Source of the DNA: an uncultured bacterium | GTDB lineage: Bacteria > Omnitrophota > Omnitrophia > Omnitrophales > JACQLI01 | DNA length: 64,000 bases | Assembly (NCBI GenBank): GCA_964372875.1 | Contig: CAYJTB010000002.1 | Span: 21,576-85,575 of the forward strand | Reading direction: 5' to 3' | Shown: positions 9,101 through 18,100 of the stretch, piece after piece | Numbering within the stretch: position 1 is the first letter of the stretch | Layout: each line of letters starts with the position of its first letter | Translations under genes and position numbers: made by a program | The notes under the pieces: generated by a model | Told to the model about the DNA's origin: nothing | What the model saw: only the letters and a program-made list of their open reading frames with translations | Databases searched by the model: none

Positions 9101-12100
9101 ATTCAAACAAGCCCGCGGGCGTAAGAAGCTTAGGAGTAGAATTCGCGACTTTGGCGGCGAAGTTGCCTTGGGGGTCAACTAATTTTTTCCTAAGAAGCGG
9201 TTGAGAAAAATCACCGGCATTCCTCAACCCTTCGATCGGGAGTTTGAGATCAAGATAGATGGGATAACGGGTCGAATCCACGATAAGAAACCGGTTCTGC
9301 CAGCCTAAGTTTGCGCGTTCTTTTAAGGAAACGATGCTGAAATTGTTAGAAATTGCCTGCTCCATGGTCGTTGTGGTGTGTCCGCCGATGGCGAAATCCA
9401 CTCCGTTTTTTTCTACATAATCAGCAATCGCACGTTCGGAGTAATCGCGGCTCCAAAGCGTTTCGAGAAGAGGGTTTGTTTGGCGCTGTTCTTTCTGCGA
9501 TCTTGGAATTCGCGTAAGGTCTCTTACTTCGGGCGTGAAGAAATTAATAACGTCTTTCAAGCTTTGAATGTTGTGAACGGCTCCCGCATGAGCTAACAGA
9601 ATTTTAGTCCGGTCATCTTCAGAATGAATTTTTAAAACAACGGGAGAGGCCTGTATGTAGTTCTTAAAACCTTCGAGGGCTTCTTCGGAAAATGGTTTTC
9701 CTTCCCCGAACACCTCTTTTTCAAAAAATGAATTTTGGGTTGTAAGACGCTTTTGTTGCCAGATAGCAAGCCCTCCCATTTCGTGAGGGAGATGAGCATA
9801 GTCATGATTGCCGGGAAGATAATGCACCTGAACAGGGAAACGGCGCTTCAACGCCAAAATTTGCAGCAAGGTTGTGAAGGAATCCGCATAAGCCTTGGGA
9901 TCTTCGAAGAGTTCGCTTCGATGAGTATGAATCGCATCGCCCGTAATCACAAGATGAGCGTTTTTATCTTTGCGGAGCGCCCGTTCGATATCGACTTCTT
10001 TTAAAATTGCCGCCAGATTTTCATAAGCGCCGTGAAGATCGCCGATCACAATCAGCCGGTCCGCGTTTTTAATTTCTACCAAAGCGCCCGGTTTTCCGTG
10101 ATCATCGAGCCACCGGACGCTGCGCTCCCGATTATTGATCTCTTCTCCCTGAGAGTGAAGCGGGTACGCATCAAGTGCCGTCACCGCCCGCGCGAAAAAT
10201 TTTTCCGCACCCTCTTTCATAAAGAATTCGTACATTTGTTCTTTATCCAAAACCGCGTCCTGCTTCGCTCGCACCTCGGCCCTCGCCCGCTCAGGCGAGG
10301 ACGGAGGAGTACCCGAATCCAACCGATTTGGGCGCACCTCGGCTCTTGCACCGGATTCTCTGAATTTTTCGGTTTCTAAAGTGAGGGATTGACCGTTCCC
10401 AGTTTGTGGATAATGACGGGCGGATTCAAGGACATTGATTTTCGAAGGACGGCTTACGATTCCGAAGTGCGTCTCGAGTTCTCCAAGGAGGCGGAAGATA
10501 ACTTCGTCTTCTTGAATGCTTGGGCTATAAGATCTCTGCTTCATGAAGTTCAGAGCTCGTTTGATCGTTCGAGTGTCGTAATTCTGAACGACGTATTGAA
10601 CGACCTCATTATCTTTACTGCGCACCTCGGCCCTCGCCCGCTCAGGCGAGGACGGAGGAGTACCCGAATCCAACCGATTCGGGTGCACCTCGGACCTTCG
10701 ACTCGGCTCCGTCCCGAGCGTAGTCGAGGGGCTCAGGTCAAAAACACTCGGCCCTGAGCGAAGCCCTTCGGACTGAGTCGAACGGGCCTCGGAGCGGGAT
10801 TGTAAGCTGGCGGGAATGGGATCGAGATCCGTTTGCTTAAGTTCTTGAATTTCTAAAGATTCATGATTCGGTGTAATTTCTCGCTCCCAAAGGATCAGAA
10901 CGCCCGGGGCTTTTAATCTTTCCCAAATCATTCTCGCTCTTTCCTTGATGGTCTCCGAAGTCCAGTGTTCTCCCATCCAGGTGTTTCTCCAAAAGAAGAT
11001 ATGAGAAGGCGCAATAAATTCTGGATGAGCGGGAAGATCAAACAGATTTCCGTAAATTCCTTTGAATTCAACATCGATTCGGGAACGGTCCGTTTTGGGT
11101 AATTCAAGAAGCCGGTCTTTGATTACTTGTTCAAGCTCCAGAAGCGCTTCTACACTTTGGTTTACCACCTGTAAAACGAGATGGATTTTTTGTCCCTTGC
11201 CTTTTAGGGTTTTTAGTTCAGCGATCACCGTTTCGACGGTCTCCATCAATTCATCCCCTTGCTTACCCGGTCCCAACGTCGTCACGACCATCCCACGCGT
11301 ACCCGCTTCCACTAAAGAATGAACGGCCGAACGCAAAGCTCTTTGCTCGTTCTCTTCTAGAGGAAAATTCGAATCCGAGATGGCTTGTCCTTGATCCAAT
11401 CCTGTTTGAACCAAACGACGAATCTCTTGTTCGTCTAAGTCGGTGTAAGGCAGGAAAAAATCTACGATTTTACCCGGCTTCCATAATTCAGGCCGGAAAG
11501 TCCCGCGCCGCATTTCCAATTGCTGCGCCACAATTTTTTCCAAACGTTCTCTTTTCGTGTCACTCCGCACCTCGGCCCTCGCCCGCTCAGGCGAGGACGG
11601 AGGAGTACCCGAATCCAACCGATTCGGGTGCACCTCGGACCTTCGACGCGGCTCCGTCCCGAGCGTAGTCGAGGGGCTCAGGTCAAAAACACTCGGCCCT
11701 AAGCGAAGCCCTTTGGGCTGAGTCGAACGGGCCTCGGAGCGGGGGGCCGTTATTTTATCTTTAATAATATTATGGTTGACTTTTAATAAATCATTTGTTA
11801 CCCTTTCCCCGTTCTGAAATGCTAAGGTATGATGAAAGGAGAACAAGCCTGAGGTGAAAATATTCTGGACTCCAAAACGGTTGGAGGCGATGTCAAAAAC
11901 TTCTTTAACGCTGTTCCAGGCATTTTTGGTGGCAGCAGTAGTTGGTGGCGTGTTAGGCAAAATTCCGAATGCCTGGCTCAAGTTGTTTTTTCTGTCGGCG
12001 ACGTTTAGCTTTTTGGTATTAGGAATTATAGTGGCCGATTGGCCTTTAATGAAAAAAGAGGAGGCCTGAAATGTTTGCTCTGATCTTTGCTTTGGTTCTG

Positions 12101-15100
12101 ATATTTGTAATTGCTGCTTGGATTGGAATCGAGCAGTACCGCCTGAAACACCGGCGTCATTAATCGTTTCCGCATTTCGCATCTCGGCCCTCGCCCGCTC
12201 AGGCGAGGACGGAGGAGTACCCGAATCCAACCGATTCGGGCGCACCTCGGAACGGGGGCCTTGGTTATCTTCAAACCCGCCGGCGATCTTCAAATCCTGA
12301 AGGCGATCATCAAGCCGCTCCACGGCGTAGTCAAGCCCCTGGAGAAGGTGGGCTTCCTTTTCCGGATCATTTTGCATGGAATTTTTTAAATCGGCGATCA
12401 GGGATTTGGCTTCACCGGCTTCACGGAAAATGGTTTCGACAATCTCCGGACTCACTCTCTGACCCGTATTATTGTGATGCTTCAACGCCTCCATCAGATT
12501 TCCGCGCAGCTTAATCAAGCTTTGATCCAGCAAACGGCGCAATTCCTCAGGCGTCTCGCCTCCTCCCTCAAGGGGCTCCGGAGTCGGTTGCGCCCGCACC
12601 TCAGCGCGGGGCAGCGCTAGAAACGTAGTTTTATTTAAATCAAATTTTTCTTGACTATAAAATATATCCTTGTTAAACTCTCCTTTAATGAAAGATCGAA
12701 CACGACGGCTTGAGTCTGGTAAAATGCTACTGGACGTCTCAAAGTATTTCTCGACAGTTACGGGCATCGGAAGCCTGGCGGGCGGTTCCGTGAATTGGCG
12801 GTTAGCCGCTGTAGGTCTATTCATGGCGTTCGTATCTTGGTTTGTCGGATTTGTGACAATTCCTAAAGATGAGGAAACCAAATGACTAATTTTGAAATCA
12901 CGGCCATTGGCATCGGGATATTCGCCCTGGCGGTGGGCCTGACGGTCTACCTCACCGAGCGCTGGGACTCGATGCGCCATAACTCCCGTAAGCCCAAACA
13001 CGCCTAATTTAACATCCCCGCTGTTTTTCTCACTCCGCACCTCGGCTCTCGCCCGCTCAGGCGAGGACGGAGGAGTCTCCGGCCGGTCAGCCGGAGGCAC
13101 CTCGGCTCTCGAGTCGGCGCGGGTGCGTTCCTGCCAACTCAAAATGATTTTTTGGATTTCTGGATGAAGTCGAAACGCCGCTGATCGAAACATTTCGAGC
13201 GGAGGCGCCTCCGACAATTGTAATTTTGAGTCGATTCCCTCTTTCCCCTGAGACTCTATCGATCTTTGGAACTCCGATAAAAAATAAAATGCGTAAATCC
13301 GCTGAGTAAGATTGTCTAACCCCGAGGCCCAGGCCCGAAAGTTGCCAAGGCCGAGCTGTATTTCCTTTTCAAGAATCCGGATAGGATCGCCCTGCGCCTT
13401 TAAAATTTCCTCATACCTTCCTTCGAACAATGCCCTTAGGCCCTGTGCGTCGCGCCCTTTCGCGGCACGTAAACTCGATTGAAAACGCTTGGGAAGAAAC
13501 AATCCTTTTTCCTTCCCCCACTTGATGGCTTCTTCCTGTCGCGATGTTTCATAAAATTCATTTGCCATAAGGATGGCAACAAAGCGTAGAATTTGTTCGT
13601 CATATTTTGATAAGAACCGGTTTACCGAGTCCCGGGGCCAAAAAGGTTGCGGGTTTCCCTCAAAAAGGGAAGCGGCCTCATTTCGGATGATGGGAATTCC
13701 TTCCTTCAATAGTTCCTTGTGTTCCGGATCACTCCACTTGAAAGCGGCACCCCCCCAAGCTTCACGGATGATGTCGGAGGCAAAGCCTAGAAAAAAATAA
13801 TCCAGAGAATCAAGATTTTGAATGGCATTCCATCTCCAATAAAGATGCGCATCATTGATGCGTATCGTCATGGTTCCTGATGGGTCATCTTTTTTCTTTG
13901 CGTAAATCATTCCTTGTCTTGCCAGTTCAGCAGGCAGCGGCTCCGCTTTCTTGACCGCTTCCTTATAGTTCTTGAGAACCTCGGGATGCGGGTATCCTTG
14001 TTCAATCAACCAATCAATCGTTGCCGAAATGGCTTGTTTGATACTTTCCAGATTGGGATCAACTTTGAAACGCAATTGTTTTGGCAATTTTGCCGGTGTG
14101 CTTTGGGTGGATGAAATACCTTTGAGGTCTCCGACGATTTTTACAATTTTTTCGAGTTGATCATTCGTCAGTCCTAGAATTCCCTTTTGATTTTTTATTT
14201 TTTCTTCAAGGATTCGCCGCAGCTCCTGCACGGTCAATGTTTCACTTCTGTAAAGAAGCCTCAAGCGATCTTCGTTTAAACGGTCATGAAATTTTTGTGG
14301 AATACCGCTCTTGGCTTTGATGTTATCCCTCAGCATCTCGAGCTTCCTTTTTTCGTCCGTTCCGTGAGAATCTGCCCGCATCTCGGCCCTCGCCCGCTCA
14401 GGCGAGGGCGGAGGAGTACCCGAATCCAACCGATTCGGGTGCACCTCGGACCTTCGACTCGGCTCCGTCCCGAGCGTAGTCGAGGGGCTCAGGTCAAAAA
14501 CACTCGGCCCTGAGCGAAGCCCTTCGGACTGAGTCGAACGGGCCTCGGAGCGTGAAGTTTGATTTTTATTATAATATTTATTGATATAAAATGAAACTCC
14601 TGCTAGACTCCCCAGCGCATAAGGAGCTCTATTCATGAAAGAAATCTTTTCACCCGATCGGCGGGAAGTTGCAGCACGAACGTTATTCGATACCTGGAAG
14701 CTATCCGTCCCCGCCGCTGTAGCAGGAGGGTTCTTCCTCCAATTCAATATTTTTGTTAAAATCGCATTTGTGGTAGGGCTTTTAGCCGGATTTGCCTTGG
14801 CATTTTTTATGTTCCCTCCGGAATCAAGGGGAAAAGGAGGTTGAGATGTTAGTTGCTGTGAGTATTTTATTGGTGTTGGTTCCCGCCGTCCTTCTTGCAG
14901 GAATGTATTTAGAACAGTACCTGAGGAAGCGTCGTCACCTACATTAGAAAGGAGCGGCTGAGATGGACGTTGCTTTGATTTCGATATTTGGGATCCTTGT
15001 AGTGATAGGGACGTGGTTTGGGATTGAGAAGTACCAGGAACGCCGGAAGAGACACCTTCATTAAACCTTCCGGTATTCTTCTCACTCCGCGCCTCGGAGC

Positions 15101-18100
15101 GGTTGGCACCTCGTGCTAGTTGGTCGGCTTTTTGAATTTTCTTTTTCAAGAGATTAAGGTTAGGAATCGCCTTTTCACTCGCGATCTTGTCTAAAGTTTC
15201 AAGAGCAAGTTTAGAAAAGCCATCTTCGGCAAGTTTTTCAAATGCGTCTTGACTTTGTGCCTGTTCTATTAAACCCTTCTTAAATTGTTCAACGATGTAA
15301 ATTGAAAAATCTTCAACCCCTTTTCTACGAAAGTTCGGAATCAACAAAGATTTCTTCGTCTCATCAAGAACGAAAAAATTGGAACTCCATTTCCTAATAA
15401 ATCGGATATGTGACGAATTGATAAATCTTCCGGTTTGTGGGTCTTTTCGGAAAAGATCTATCAAATATTCTTTCAATTTTGCGCCATTCTTCTCTTCTAT
15501 TATCGCCTCAAACAAAGCGTGATTTTTCCCAGCATCCTTCTCCGGATCCCCTAAATAACTAGCATCTTCAAACTCTTTTTGTAACGATGGAAAAATTTTC
15601 TTGAGCAGTAGCAGCTCTTCCTCAAACCTCTTCTTCAATCCTTTGGATTGGATAATGGGCAATGGAAGCTTCCGAAATGCTTCTATTTTTTCATCCCCCA
15701 TGCCGTAGGGATTTATATCTATCGAATTCCGAATAGCGTGAAGAGCCTGAACATTTTCGGGAATATCTAAATTCAATTTCTGAATCGCTTCCACAAAAGC
15801 AACGTCTTTAGTTCTTTCGCTCGCCCGCACCTCGGCCCTCGCCCGCTCAGGCGAGGACGGAGGAGTACCCGAATCCAACCGATTCGGGTGCACCTCGGAC
15901 CCTCGACGATCAGAAGTTAGAAGTCGGGAGTCAGATATCAGATTTGCCTCCGAGCGGGAAAACACTATTTCCTTATTCGTCAAAAATATATTGACTTTTA
16001 AGGAATATGGATATACACTCATTGCCGCAAAAGGAGAGTAAGTTTTGTTTACACCGCTTCGAAGATTTGAATATGGTAGGATGCTGTTGGCATTGATCCC
16101 CGTGCTTGTGGGCTCGGCAGTGGTAAGCCGTGTGTTTACAGAAGCACCGCCGTTCTTTAGAATAGGGGTGGTATTGCTGATATTAGTCATAAGCGTGCTT
16201 GGCTTTATTATTTTACCCGCATCAATGGAAACTAAAGAAGGGAGGCGTTGAAATGATAGATACCGCGACGGCAGCTCTTCTGGGTGTTTTTTTAATGTTG
16301 ATTGTGATGATGTCTTGGTTTGGGATCGAGAAATATCTGGAGCGGCGGAAGAAGACTCATTGATAACACCCGGCAGCTCAAAATCAGCGAGAATTTCTTT
16401 TTGAGTCGTCGGAGCGGAGCGGGCGTCTAGGACAGGCGTCTCAACCGTGATGGTTCCAAACGGGATCACGATCGGCGCGCCGTAGATATTACGAAGTGGT
16501 TTGTTTTCCACATTGTCCCACACGATAGCTTTCTCGCCCGTGCGGCTTAAAATAAGAACAAATCTTCGGTCAGAGGCGTAACTACTTTGATTGATAGCAC
16601 GAATAATTCGTGACGCCGCCATCCTCTCATCTTTTGCTGTCTCAATAATTGCCTGAAGAACACTTTTAATTTCTTGAATAATGATTTTGGGCCGGACGTT
16701 TTGATCACGCGTTGTCATCCGCATCCGGATGGCATTGGAGATTTCTTTGATCGCAGGCTCGAGGTAGTTTACATCAAACGAGGTTTTCTTTTCGCCGAGA
16801 AGAGACGAGATGTAATCTTGAGACGAAGTTTTTTCTGTGATGCGCGGAGAGAGGATCGTGTAAGAAATTCCTTTTTTTCGGAAGGCGCGCGAGAGTCCGT
16901 CGGCGTGGAAACCGCCGGTGATGAGGACGGTGACGCCGTTCTCCCTCATCTTGCTCTTCTCCTCCCGAGGGGGAGAAGAGACAGTTGAGGGGGGATTTAA
17001 TATTTTTTCCACCATCACATCTTCACGTTTTTTGGCAAGTTGGTAGAAACGCATTGCCTGTTGGTAAAGATATTCAATCGCCCGGATGTTCGCAGGAATG
17101 ATTTGAGACGGACCCAAGTTTGTTTTGTCATGAAGAGATTGCATATCAATAAGGTAACGGACAAGCGGGCGGTCGATCGTTTCAGCTTGCTGGATTTTGA
17201 CGTAATCTTTGGGCGTAAGTTCCAAGTCAAAGAGCCGCTCGAAAAGTCCGCCGCGCTGGGCAAGCCCGACCAGTTTTAATTCTTCCGGTTGGGCAGCAAC
17301 GGCTTGGATTAGATTTTGAAAGAGCCGCTCGATTTCACCAAAAAGCCGTTCCGCATCGAGTTCGCTTTGTAAAACAGCCGCCTCCAAATAATGTGTGAAG
17401 TAGGGATAGTGATCAAAAGAAAATCCCTTATCGACTGTGGAGACTACAAGGTATTCCGCCAAATAACGCGGCAGATCATTTTTATTAAAACCAGGATCGT
17501 AGACCATTCCCGTTTGGTAAGGGGAGAACGAGAGGTTTTCAAAGGCGTGGACAAGAACGGGATGAACCCCGATTTCTTTTAAGTCAGCGATTAATTTTTG
17601 ACGGTCCGTTTGAATTCGTTCAGGATCAAGGCCCGACTCCGCCTCCTGAAGCCTCAAGAGCCTGATCATCTGCGGCCAGTCTTTTTGGCTCTCAAAGTTT
17701 CTAAGATCCACGCCCAGAATTTGTTTGGTTCTTCGCTCGAGTTCAAAGGCATAAGAGAGAAGTTCCATCTGGCCGGCCTCAAAAGATTCATTCGTTCGGA
17801 GCAGTGTTCTCGTATGAGGCGTTAGCAGATGAGTTCCAAGCCGGTCGAGTTCGCCGTCCAGTCCTTTGGTGAAAGTATTCGTTTCATTTTGCCGGCTCAT
17901 TACAATTTGAAAACTCTCTAGGTTATCCCGGTAAAGATCAGGATCTTCAATTCCGTAGGCGGGGATTTTTTCCTGTGATTCAATGAGGAAAAGTTCCGCT
18001 CCCGTCAGTTCGCCCTTTTCAACAAGCTTTTGGGCAACCTCCACGTTCAACTGGTTTTGATCAAAAAATTTGAAGTAGTCGGGGTTGAGTTTTTCGCCGG

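Noticed and set aside
10389-10757. The + strand ORFs 10389-10757, 11520-11702 and 14286-14513 share the C-terminus HLGPRPLRRGRRSTRIQPIRVHLGPSTRLRPERSRGAQVKNTRP.
   Set aside because: The shared part is simply the REP element read on the opposite strand. The composition is Arg/Pro-rich and low-complexity, there is no SD or promoter, and the non-repeat parts are antisense to well-behaved giant-ORF modules.
10270-15898. The regularly recurring identical repeats could be a CRISPR array.
   Set aside because: The repeats are 70-176 nt and occur in two length classes. Their spacing is irregular, from about 280 to 1300 nt. They lie inside a continuous ORF and are translated in frame, and no cas genes are present.
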